DNA from: a virus
Lineage: Duplodnaviria > Caudoviricetes
DNA: 24,749 nt
Reading direction: 5' to 3' (one strand)
IMG/VR virus record: IMGVR_UViG_3300030202_002100
Location: 1 to 24,749 of that record
Position numbers and translations under genes: made by a program. Shown here in pieces: positions 9,195 to 18,076 of this stretch. Within the stretch, counting starts at the first letter, position 1. Each line of letters opens with the position of its first letter. The notes beneath the pieces are model-generated. The model was not told the DNA's origin, ran no database searches, and saw only the letters and a program-made list of their open reading frames with translations.

Positions 9195-10928
9195 TTAATT
9201 GTTTTTCTCACCCTGCTGCTCTCCCCTAATCATTTGATTAGCATCACTAATATCACCAGCAAGTATAGATGCAGTATAGTCTATTAACAACTCTACTATA
9301 TCATCTTTAAATTCACATTCAACATCTGCAACAACTGCTGTTCCATTATAAGGATCAATAGATCCAACTATTTCTACTCTTCTAGGAACTCTATAATAAA
9401 CTAATACAGGATCCATAATAAAGAAATCTTTTCTCCAAATTCTTATTGCAGGATTGTTATTATTTTCATGGTTTGATTCTAAAGTGCAAAATGTTTCAGA
9501 CCATTCAAAATCAGGTCTTTTTAAACTATCTCTTAATATGACATCTACATTAGCAACTTCAGATTGGTAAACTGTCATTGTTCTTGGTTTAATACAAAAT
9601 CTATCTTTATCTGCACCAGGTGCACAATAACATTGTTCAAAAGGAACTGTAGTAACTTCCTCTTGAGTAATATAAGTATTAGTTACAGGATCAATATATT
9701 CTTGTGTTTCTATAACATCAACTTGCCAACTTTCAGGTGTTGTTTCCCAATTAGTAATACTAAAATTTTGAAGCTCAACATTTGAAGGTATAAACCAACA
9801 ACCAGTTTGAGCACATAATGCATCAGTAGGTACATTAAATACTTCATTAACATCATTTAACCAATTATTTGGTTGGTTAGTATAAGGGTATTGTTCATTT
9901 AAAATACCTCCATTTGCACCCGCTTGTGCTACTAAATCTGGTATAGTTTGATATGTAGCTGGAATATTTACACCATCACCACAACTTATATATTCATTAT
10001 TAGGACCACCTACTAAATAACCAACACCTGCTGAATTTGCTTGACTACACATTGTCCCAAGCATAGTGGTATTTGCAAAAATTTGAGATCCTGTGTTTCC
10101 ACAAAAGCTACATGACATTATATAATCTCCCATAGTGTTTCCTTCCGTAAAAGGCATAATAAGATTTTCATTATAATAATCTGGCCCTCCACCAGGTCCA
10201 TCAGTATACCAAAATTCTGGAAAAAGGTTATTATTATATAACCATGGTTCATTAGTAGTTATTTGTTGTGGTGCAACTAATGGAGTAAATGTAAACGGAA
10301 CTACACCTGGATTTACATCACCAAACGTAGAACCCCAATTTGTAACTTGATTATTAATACCTGGAGGATTACCTGGAAAAATTATACCCGAATGTATATG
10401 ACCAAGAGTATTAAATGTAAATATAGGTACATTACGCACAGGTGTATTTACTTCAACTTCCTCTCCTCCAACAACATTTATTACAGTTTCAATATTAGTT
10501 TGCCAATATCCAGGTATTGTGTTTACATTTTCTACATCAACAATTTCTGTTTGCTGTGGTGTATAAGGAAAACACTGTTGTGCTGCACATTCTATTCTTT
10601 TAAACTCTAAATAATCACCTCCTTGTTGAGGATCATAAATTGATCCAAAATTACTACTTTGAAAGTAACCATATGAATTACCATAAGGAATATCAACCCC
10701 ACTAAGTTTTTTTCTAGTTAACAAAATACTTAAATCATCTATACGTCTTTTAGACATTTCATCTCCCTCTTTACGTATATTTGTACCTGCTAACTGTCTT
10801 CTGCACCATTCCAATTGTGCTTTGTTAAAAGCTTCTGCAAGTTCCCAAGATTTGATATTGTCATAGTCTTGACTATCAATCTTATTTATTCTTTGCTTTA
10901 TTTTAACTTGTAGGGTTGTATTATTCAT
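9195..10928 (-). CDS. Putative ring/head-tail adaptor protein with ~325-aa internal insertion
   Basis: N-term (KQRINKIDSQDYDN...EAFNKAQLEW...EMSKRRIDDLSILL) and C-term (LVYYRVP...CEFKDDIVELLIDYTASILAGD) match the crAss-like ring-protein pattern; together they are ~250 aa and are split by a compositionally distinct block. Confidence 0.65.
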   Translation of the reverse strand: MNNTTLQVKIKQRINKIDSQDYDNIKSWELAEAFNKAQLEWCRRQLAGTNIRKEGDEMSKRRIDDLSILLTRKKLSGVDIPYGNSYGYFQSSNFGSIYDPQQGGDYLEFKRIECAAQQCFPYTPQQTEIVDVENVNTIPGYWQTNIETVINVVGGEEVEVNTPVRNVPIFTFNTLGHIHSGIIFPGNPPGINNQVTNWGSTFGDVNPGVVPFTFTPLVAPQQITTNEPWLYNNNLFPEFWYTDGPGGGPDYYNENLIMPFTEGNTMGDYIMSCSFCGNTGSQIFANTTMLGTMCSQANSAGVGYLVGGPNNEYISCGDGVNIPATYQTIPDLVAQAGANGGILNEQYPYTNQPNNWLNDVNEVFNVPTDALCAQTGCWFIPSNVELQNFSITNWETTPESWQVDVIETQEYIDPVTNTYITQEEVTTVPFEQCYCAPGADKDRFCIKPRTMTVYQSEVANVDVILRDSLKRPDFEWSETFCTLESNHENNNNPAIRIWRKDFFIMDPVLVYYRVPRRVEIVGSIDPYNGTAVVADVECEFKDDIVELLIDYTASILAGDISDANQMIRGEQQGEKNN

Positions 10929-12029
10929 TTATAGTGACCATTCGTGTTCTACTTTACCTAAAACATACATTAAAACTTCATCATTTAAAGGACTACTTAA
11001 AAAACTTAAAGCATCATCTAAAGTTCTTCCAAGCCTTATATTATTATCTGTATAAATAAATCCATCAGATTTATCCATTAAAAATTTATAATATCTAGCA
11101 CATTTAATAACAGCTGTTAATTTTAATTCATCTAAGCTTAAATTAGCAGTATCTAAAAATTGTTTAGCTGCTAAACTTTTATTTGATTCTCTACCAAAAC
11201 CATTAATGTAATTATCCATATCTTCATATATTACATCATTAGGTGTTGAATTAACATATGATTGATATTGATCAACAACCATACCAACATATTTTAATTT
11301 TGTAGGATTAGAATCATACAAGTTTTGTAATGCAGCAAGTGCTTTATTTCTAATTTTAGAACTTTTAGTTCTAGTATTAACTGTGTCTTTTACATTGTCT
11401 AAATAAAATTTACAAGCAGCACCTTTCTTTTTAGCTTCTTCTAAACTCTTTGCAACTATAGAAAAACCTCCTGCTTCTATTGCAAAGATTTTTATTAAAT
11501 CATATGCATCTTTTTTAGGATCTAAATATAAAGGATCATTACCAGCTCTAACACTTATCTTAGACCAAAACTGATCATTATTAGGTCTAAGTAATTTTAC
11601 TTTGTTCCAAAATTCTGGATCATCTACAGATAAAACATTTTGTGCTAATTCTTTTTCTAATTCAGCTACAGCTGTTCTTATCTGTTTTACTTTAGCTTTT
11701 CTTTTTGATGGTTCTAGTTGTTTTATTTCTGGAGCAAATTCATTTAATCCAGTAATATATCTTCTAACACCATTTACATCTAAACATGTTAATTGCTCTT
11801 CATGATATACATTATCATATAAAGACATATTGTAATTTTCTAATCCCATGTTTTCATTATTTGTAACATAAGGACGTATAGCAATAGTTTGTTTTTTATC
11901 TTGTTGATACTTTTCAATCATTGTAAAGTCTTCCATTGAGACTTCAGGTTCTATATTAGGTATAACAGTTTCTATTGTATCAACTTGACTTACTGCTACT
12001 TCTTTTTTAGTTGTTTTTTTCTTAGCCAT
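10929..12029 (-). CDS. Conserved crAss-like protein downstream of MCP (gene 75-like position), function unknown
   Basis: 366 aa; RRYITGL...FWSKISV...LYLDPKKDAYDLIK motifs and position directly after MCP. Confidence 0.6.
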   Translation of the reverse strand: MAKKKTTKKEVAVSQVDTIETVIPNIEPEVSMEDFTMIEKYQQDKKQTIAIRPYVTNNENMGLENYNMSLYDNVYHEEQLTCLDVNGVRRYITGLNEFAPEIKQLEPSKRKAKVKQIRTAVAELEKELAQNVLSVDDPEFWNKVKLLRPNNDQFWSKISVRAGNDPLYLDPKKDAYDLIKIFAIEAGGFSIVAKSLEEAKKKGAACKFYLDNVKDTVNTRTKSSKIRNKALAALQNLYDSNPTKLKYVGMVVDQYQSYVNSTPNDVIYEDMDNYINGFGRESNKSLAAKQFLDTANLSLDELKLTAVIKCARYYKFLMDKSDGFIYTDNNIRLGRTLDDALSFLSSPLNDEVLMYVLGKVEHEWSL

Positions 12030-12061
12030 TTTTAAAAGGTTTTTTAAATTATTAAATAAAA

Positions 12062-12095
12062 TTTAAAAGAGGGATCCTTAGACCCCTCTTCTAAA
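12062..12095 (-). terminator. Rho-independent terminator/attenuator after MCP
   Basis: Minus strand AGAAGAGGGGTC-TAAG-GATCCCTCTTTT, about 10 nt after the MCP stop. Confidence 0.8.
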
Positions 12096-12105
12096 TAAGA
12101 ACATA

Positions 12106-13749
12106 TTAGAATGAACCACCTGTAGTAGGATTCTTCATAACTATCTTCAATACTTTGGTTGGATCTTTTACCCATATACCAGGCATTGTTTGAGTCATAT
12201 AAACTCTATAGCCATTGAATTGTCCGTTAGACTGGAATCCTTGAGTTCTTCCCATATAATCCATAGTTCCATTTTGGTAGAACCATTTTAACTGATTATC
12301 CCATGATAATTTCAATAAATGAATGTTATCATTTCCTTGATCAGTTACGTCAAAGATTATAAATGAATAAGAACTTAAAGGTCTTCCGTCAATAAGTGGA
12401 TTCTCAATATCATTAGTATGTAAGTTATCAAATGCAGGATTCAGAACAAACTTAACGTTTGCTAAGAATGGAATTACAAATGATGTAAATGCATACCCAT
12501 ATCCCATATCCATTCCTTGACCTGTAACTGCACCAACATTATCAGCGTTAATAACAAAAGGAGCTTGTCCATTGTTACCTTGATTAATCATGCTAACATC
12601 ATCTTTGATAGCTTTATTGATTAACTGCATACCACCAATACCTGTTTGTACAATTAAAGATCTCTGTGGATCTGGTCCATCTAGATCAACTTTACCTTGA
12701 TAGAAGTTGTAAAGCTCAGACTTAAACATATCTAAGTTGAATGAAGACTTATTATAAACTCTTTTAAATGAGTTATCTAATTGTCTCCAAAGACCTACAG
12801 ATAATCTAATATCATCTGGTCCGTCTTGCTTAACTCTACCTCCACGTCCCCACATTAGGTACGTTTCAATATCTGTTGCAATCTTAGAAAGATGTGCTGC
12901 TTCTAAGTTTGTAAGGAAAGTTCTTGAAAGATCACCATTGTCAAAAGCTCGTCTAACATAGTCAGCACCCATAATCTCTACCATTGATTCTAATGAAGAA
13001 ATTGATGGATCTAAGCCTTTATCAAAAGATCTCCAGATTTCAGTAACTGGAACAGTACCATCAGCATTCATACCACCTTTGATCATAAGATCAGCTCTAG
13101 ATGATACAGAATAATGAACATGTGCTTCTGCTCCTCCTACAAAGTTGTAGAACTCACGGAAACCTGTTGAAGTTGTAATATCTGAGAATCTCTCACCATA
13201 CTCACCACGTGCAGAACCTTTTCTAAAGTATTTTGTACCTGCCTTAAGATAATTTGCTTTATCAAAAGTTGCGGAGTTTGAATTGTTAACCATTTGTACA
13301 GTATAAACCACACCTTCACCTGCTTCATAAATGTCATCAGCCGTAATGTAAAGTTCAGCACCATTATACTTATCATAAGTAATAATGTCACCATGACCAA
13401 ATGCTCTTTTATTAAGCATAATTTTGAATGTAGTTCCATCCTGACCAAAATGGTCACCGCCTGCCTCTATATCCTTAACGATATATGGTAGGTCTTGAGC
13501 AACGGGAGTTTGCCATTTATACTCACCTCTAGCATTGTCTACTTCTATTGTATTAGCACCACCAAACGAAGCCATTTGATACAATGGCATTTCTACCTTT
13601 TGCATCATTGCCCACATGTCAATAGGACCCATATCCATAGGTTCTGTGTCCCCGAGCATGTTTGTTAAGTGATAAGAATCAACATGAGAACTTGCTTTAT
13701 AGTTAGTATCTCTTAGGAAAATCCCATTATTTAAAACTGGAGTTGCCAT
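12106..13749 (-). CDS. Major capsid protein (HK97 fold, crAss-like)
   Basis: 547 aa; EYKWQ E-loop start, IETYLMWGRG, GLWRQL, LIVQTGIGGM, FVLNPAFDN, GIWVKDPTK; follows portal and scaffold-like genes; followed by a terminator; visibly more C-ending codons than its neighbours. Confidence 0.88.
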   Translation of the reverse strand: MATPVLNNGIFLRDTNYKASSHVDSYHLTNMLGDTEPMDMGPIDMWAMMQKVEMPLYQMASFGGANTIEVDNARGEYKWQTPVAQDLPYIVKDIEAGGDHFGQDGTTFKIMLNKRAFGHGDIITYDKYNGAELYITADDIYEAGEGVVYTVQMVNNSNSATFDKANYLKAGTKYFRKGSARGEYGERFSDITTSTGFREFYNFVGGAEAHVHYSVSSRADLMIKGGMNADGTVPVTEIWRSFDKGLDPSISSLESMVEIMGADYVRRAFDNGDLSRTFLTNLEAAHLSKIATDIETYLMWGRGGRVKQDGPDDIRLSVGLWRQLDNSFKRVYNKSSFNLDMFKSELYNFYQGKVDLDGPDPQRSLIVQTGIGGMQLINKAIKDDVSMINQGNNGQAPFVINADNVGAVTGQGMDMGYGYAFTSFVIPFLANVKFVLNPAFDNLHTNDIENPLIDGRPLSSYSFIIFDVTDQGNDNIHLLKLSWDNQLKWFYQNGTMDYMGRTQGFQSNGQFNGYRVYMTQTMPGIWVKDPTKVLKIVMKNPTTGGSF

Positions 13750-13789
13750 AATTTATTCTATTTTTTATTGTTAAACATTAATTAATATA

Positions 13790-15094
13790 TTAAAACCTTT
13801 TAAATATATTTTTATTTCTAGGTAGCTTTCTTGAGCTACTTCTTCTAGTATTTTTATCTTCTGTTACAGACGCTGCAGAACTTGCTTTTTGTGATTGAGC
13901 TGTTTTTAACTTTCTCACTGTTTTTTCTGTAGCTACACTTTCTCCTTTTTCCATCAGTCTAGATTTGTAACCTTTTGGATCTGCTAATAACCATAATGCT
14001 TCAGTTATTAATGGATAGTTTGGTTCAACAAACTGGTACTTCTCCAAAAGATGCCCTAACAAATTTGTATTTTTCCCTGATATAGATGGATAAGAAGGTT
14101 CTACTAATCCATTATATAACAAAGATTGAGTCTTTCTATCTAACTTTATTTCATTAATCTCACCACCTTTTAAAGTCTCATATACACTTTTCATATATGT
14201 TTCAGAAGCTTGTTGCTGTTTTTTCTTTCTCATCTCTTGCTCCTGTAATCTTTTAGCAACAACTTTTTCTTGCATCTTATCTAATTTTGGTTTAAACTTG
14301 TTAGCTTGCTGTTGAAGCTTACCAAGATCTTTCCAAATTTCAATTTCTTCTTTTATCTCTTCTGCTGTTCCATAACCAGTTGCACCTAAATATTCTCTTA
14401 TTATTTGCTCCTGATCATTTTCATTTTTTACATCTAGCTCTCTTGTTTCTTCCACTCTTGATAAAGCTCCAAATAAAGTTTTTAAATCTTTACCACCATC
14501 TGCTACATATTTAGCAGCTATCTGTAATTCTTCAGGTAAACTTTGAAAAAACTGTTTTGGTGTTTCTTGTCTTACCTGATTAACTTTTTCATCTAAGTTA
14601 GCTTGAATTAATTCTTCCCAATCTTTTGCTGAATAATCATCAAGCTCTTTGTCATCATCAAAAGGTATAATTTTTTCATCTTTAATAAGTTTTGAAAAAA
14701 CATCACTTATACCATCTATTCTTTTTCTTCCTTTTTTAGGTGCTTCAACTACTTCTTCTTCTACTTCTTCATTTAAACCTAATACCTCATCTATACTTTC
14801 TTTCTTTTCATCTTTAAGTTTTTCTTCTTTCTTTTCTTCAACTACTTCTTCTTTTGCTTCTATTTTCTCTTCTACCTTTTCTTCTACAACTTCTTCTTTC
14901 TTTTCTTCTTTTTTATTTTCATATAAAAAGCTTGTATCTACAGGCTTTTTTCTACTAAATACAGTAGGTTTTTTTTCACTTTCTTCTGGTAGTGTAATTG
15001 ATTCTCCTCCTGGTGCTGCATTAAAAATGTCATCAAGATTAACATCAACTTGTTCAACCTTTGTATCAACTGTTTTGGTTTCTTTTTCAGCCAT
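13790..15094 (-). CDS. Putative capsid scaffolding protein (gene 77-like position)
   Basis: 434 aa; E/K low-complexity N-third, helical/coiled-coil middle, basic C-tail; between portal and MCP. Confidence 0.65.
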   Translation of the reverse strand: MAEKETKTVDTKVEQVDVNLDDIFNAAPGGESITLPEESEKKPTVFSRKKPVDTSFLYENKKEEKKEEVVEEKVEEKIEAKEEVVEEKKEEKLKDEKKESIDEVLGLNEEVEEEVVEAPKKGRKRIDGISDVFSKLIKDEKIIPFDDDKELDDYSAKDWEELIQANLDEKVNQVRQETPKQFFQSLPEELQIAAKYVADGGKDLKTLFGALSRVEETRELDVKNENDQEQIIREYLGATGYGTAEEIKEEIEIWKDLGKLQQQANKFKPKLDKMQEKVVAKRLQEQEMRKKKQQQASETYMKSVYETLKGGEINEIKLDRKTQSLLYNGLVEPSYPSISGKNTNLLGHLLEKYQFVEPNYPLITEALWLLADPKGYKSRLMEKGESVATEKTVRKLKTAQSQKASSAASVTEDKNTRRSSSRKLPRNKNIFKRF

Positions 15095-15123
15095 AATTAT
15101 TTGGTTTTAATGGTTATATATAT

Positions 15124-15136
15124 ATAATATAGCAAA
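15124..15136 (-). promoter_or_regulatory. Variant late promoter motif TTTGCTATATTAT
   Basis: Intergenic, 30 nt upstream of ATG 15094 (scaffold-MCP unit); TATATTAT core with TTTG upstream. Confidence 0.55.
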
Positions 15137-15217
15137 TCTTTTTATCATAAACCTTAAAAATTTTTTTTAAATTTAAAATTTGTGACAGTATATAGCTATC
15201 ATTTTATTTTTAGTATT

Positions 15218-17971
15218 TTATTTACTTTTTTTACCCCCTTCAACATCATATTTGTTTTTATTTTCACGTGCAATTTGTAAATTTTTATCAGCTATTTCTC
15301 TTTGTGTTGCTAACTTTTCTCTATCAATTCCTAACTTTGCTTGTGTATTAGCATTATTAGTAGCAGCAGTTTCACGTTTAAAATTCATTTGCTCTCTATA
15401 CTCATCTCTTTTACGTATATTTTCCATAGCATCTTGAAAGTCACTTTGTTGATTTTGATTTATATCAACTTGTGATCCATAACTAGCAGCTCTTATTTCT
15501 GCAACAGTAATATCTTTCTTACGCTCTGCATCATTTTCAGCTTTATTAAATTCACGTTCTTGAGCTTTTTCTTGAGCTTGTGCTTGAAGCTGTTGTTGTT
15601 GCATTTCTTGCTGTTGTTTCATTTGAGCTTGTTTTTGCTCATTCATTTTCTTTTCAGAATCTTTAAGTATGTCTGTAACTTCTGCAATAGACTCAGCTTT
15701 AATAACACTACCAAGATCATAAATGCTAGCTCCACTAGTATTATTTTGTATAGCTAATTGTTTTAATTGATCTAAGATTGCTCTATGATTTGTTTTAGTT
15801 GTACAAAAAATATTAAAATCTCTCATTAACAATTCTGTTCCGCTTATTTGAAAATTAACTTTTTCTGCTTCACTAGATATATAATTTAATCTTACACTAG
15901 GCGTATTGCTATGATAATACTGTGAAAGATCAGTTCTCATTTGATGTACTCTAGGCATAAGATTATCTGAGTGTTGTATAAAATACATTTCTGTTTGTGC
16001 AAAAGAAGATTGTACAGCTTGTTGTACACCAGTAGCTGTTTGTCTTGAAATTTCTTGCCCTAATCTTTGTGGATTTATTCCAATAGATTCAAATGCTTGA
16101 CCTTTAAAATAATTAGCTAATTGTATTCTAGACATTAACCTGTTTGTTTGTTCCATGTTTAATGTCTGATAATGATTAAAGTTTGTAGCATTTTCTGTAT
16201 TTGTTATAGAAGTATCTAGTGGTAACATACCAAAATCCTTCATAGCTACATATGCTTTAGCCATATTGTTCTTACCCCAGTCTTCACCCATTGAATGACG
16301 TGGTAATGCATTCTGATCAAACATAATTACAGTTCCAAGTTCATCAACAAGTATATCAGCTATTTGATTATTAACCATATTATAACCAACCTGAAATGCT
16401 TTCATAAGATCAACTAAAGAAGTAGATCTTGTATTTCTATCAGAAAATACTCTACCTTCTACAGGTAACTTACAACCATAAAGATTACTATCACCTTTAA
16501 ATTGAAATGGTACTCTTCCTGGTTTAGTTTGATTTATACCAATGTATATTGGATTTAATTCAGTGGATGTTTGTTTCCAAGTTGAAGGTAAATTAGGTCC
16601 AACTTTGACACCACCCCATACTTCATTAATCCATATCCAATCTATATGTTCTCCATATAATAAGTTATCTCTTGTTTTTTGTTTAAATAATTTTGTATTA
16701 TAAACAGGTGTTTCTGTTAATTTAAAATTTTCATCTACTACTTTAGAGGTAACGCTACCATTTTCTAGTACACGTGTAAGATGTCCTACCTTTCTTTGTG
16801 TTTTCCAATATACAGTAGTAACTCTTAACATATTTTTTTCACCCCAAATATGAACATCTTCACCTTCATTTAGAATCATCTTTACTATATCATTACCACC
16901 ATTTACAGAACTTTCCCAGTTACTTACAAATTGTCTATATCCTAAAGATGGAGAATTAGTATTCCATTCATATGATCTTGTTGGATCATAAAACGTACCA
17001 TCATTTTGATAACCTTGTATAGGATATTTAGAGTTTTTAGCAGGATATATTTTTTCTAGTGATTTTAATTGAGCTTCACTCATAAGATATCCATATGTAT
17101 CTATAACATCTGCAACTGTCATCATTTCACATTTACCTACATAGTTTGAATCTGATATATATCTAGTATCTGGAGACTTTTGATAAAAAGTTAATACTGG
17201 ATTCCATAGCTCTACCTCATAATCATCTTCCATCATTTTAAAATGCCAAAACTCTCTATCTGTAATAAGCATGTCTTTAAATGCTCTTTCTTCTAACTCA
17301 TGCATTTTAAATCTTTCTTCATCAACTTTTAATTGATGTGATGCCCATTCTTCAACTAAACTTCTATAGTCTTTAGAAAAGAAGTCTTCTATCTCTGGTA
17401 ATGTTTTTATATTATCAGGATTTAATTTTTCTTTAGCTTCATCTGATTCAGGATCTAAACCCATCTTCATCATTTCAAAAACAATCTTTGATTTAGCATC
17501 CATTAATAAATTTTCTTCTACAAGCTTTCTTTTGTTTTCTAACATTTCATTATATGATAGATCATCTACAGCTCTAAACTGAACTTTAGAAAATCTTTTA
17601 GAAAATTCACCAGTTAATACATTTATTACATTAGGGATAATAGGATAGAATTTTAACTCTAAAGCAGAATCATCTGACTTAGTTAATACATCCATTAAGT
17701 CTTTGTATTCATTATCTTCTTCAACAATGTAATCTGTTTTATCAATAATACCTTTTGCTAACTTATAATTTTTAAGAAGTTTTCTAGATGTCTTTCTTAA
17801 ATACTCTAAACCTTCTGTTTCTAACCAATCTAAATTCCATGCTGCCCATTGATCAGTTTTCTTTTTTGAAGATAAAAATTGTGTAGGTTGAGTTAATGCA
17901 GCAGAAGATGGATAATCTTTACTATCTGCTTTTGCACCATTTTTTAATTGTAAAGCATTAAGAATTCTCAT
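15218..17971 (-). CDS. Portal protein
   Basis: 917 aa; NYKLAKG, FYPIIPNVINVLTGEFSKR, GINPQRLG and Q-rich C-terminal coiled-coil barrel, typical of crAss-like/P22-type portals; downstream of TerL. Confidence 0.88.
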   Translation of the reverse strand: MRILNALQLKNGAKADSKDYPSSAALTQPTQFLSSKKKTDQWAAWNLDWLETEGLEYLRKTSRKLLKNYKLAKGIIDKTDYIVEEDNEYKDLMDVLTKSDDSALELKFYPIIPNVINVLTGEFSKRFSKVQFRAVDDLSYNEMLENKRKLVEENLLMDAKSKIVFEMMKMGLDPESDEAKEKLNPDNIKTLPEIEDFFSKDYRSLVEEWASHQLKVDEERFKMHELEERAFKDMLITDREFWHFKMMEDDYEVELWNPVLTFYQKSPDTRYISDSNYVGKCEMMTVADVIDTYGYLMSEAQLKSLEKIYPAKNSKYPIQGYQNDGTFYDPTRSYEWNTNSPSLGYRQFVSNWESSVNGGNDIVKMILNEGEDVHIWGEKNMLRVTTVYWKTQRKVGHLTRVLENGSVTSKVVDENFKLTETPVYNTKLFKQKTRDNLLYGEHIDWIWINEVWGGVKVGPNLPSTWKQTSTELNPIYIGINQTKPGRVPFQFKGDSNLYGCKLPVEGRVFSDRNTRSTSLVDLMKAFQVGYNMVNNQIADILVDELGTVIMFDQNALPRHSMGEDWGKNNMAKAYVAMKDFGMLPLDTSITNTENATNFNHYQTLNMEQTNRLMSRIQLANYFKGQAFESIGINPQRLGQEISRQTATGVQQAVQSSFAQTEMYFIQHSDNLMPRVHQMRTDLSQYYHSNTPSVRLNYISSEAEKVNFQISGTELLMRDFNIFCTTKTNHRAILDQLKQLAIQNNTSGASIYDLGSVIKAESIAEVTDILKDSEKKMNEQKQAQMKQQQEMQQQQLQAQAQEKAQEREFNKAENDAERKKDITVAEIRAASYGSQVDINQNQQSDFQDAMENIRKRDEYREQMNFKRETAATNNANTQAKLGIDREKLATQREIADKNLQIARENKNKYDVEGGKKSK

Positions 17972-17974
17972 AAA

Positions 17975-18076
17975 TTATTTTTTAAGTGTATAAGTTATAG
18001 ATACTTTACCATAAGAAGAATCAGTTATCCAATTAGAAGTGTAGCCTGTTGAAGTTGTTGTCCAATATTTATTCAT
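17975..18076 (-). CDS. Small 33-aa ORF between TerL and portal (missing from ORF track)
   Basis: MNKYWTTTSTGYTSNWITDSSYGKVSITYTLKK*; ATG overlaps the TerL stop (TAATG) and its stop is 3 nt before the portal ATG. Confidence 0.6.
   Translation of the reverse strand: MNKYWTTTSTGYTSNWITDSSYGKVSITYTLKK

Noticed and set aside
9597-10574. Intein in the 577-aa protein (insert begins at Cys, CFPY...)
   Set aside because: No block B TxxH in context, no C-terminal HN/[CST] junction and no LAGLIDADG motifs; the composition is unlike Hint domains.
1365-10928. Diversity-generating retroelement acting on the variable domains
   Set aside because: No reverse transcriptase and no ~100-bp TR/VR pair differing at adenines was found by eye in this window; one could exist elsewhere in the genome.
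14750-14920. ttc/ttt-rich tandem-like repeats
   Set aside because: Explained by the Glu/Lys low-complexity coding of the scaffold-like protein.
15095-15217. tRNA/ncRNA or origin in the AT-rich portal-scaffold gap
   Set aside because: No cloverleaf or GC-stable stem; only AT palindromes expected at this composition, plus the promoter motif.
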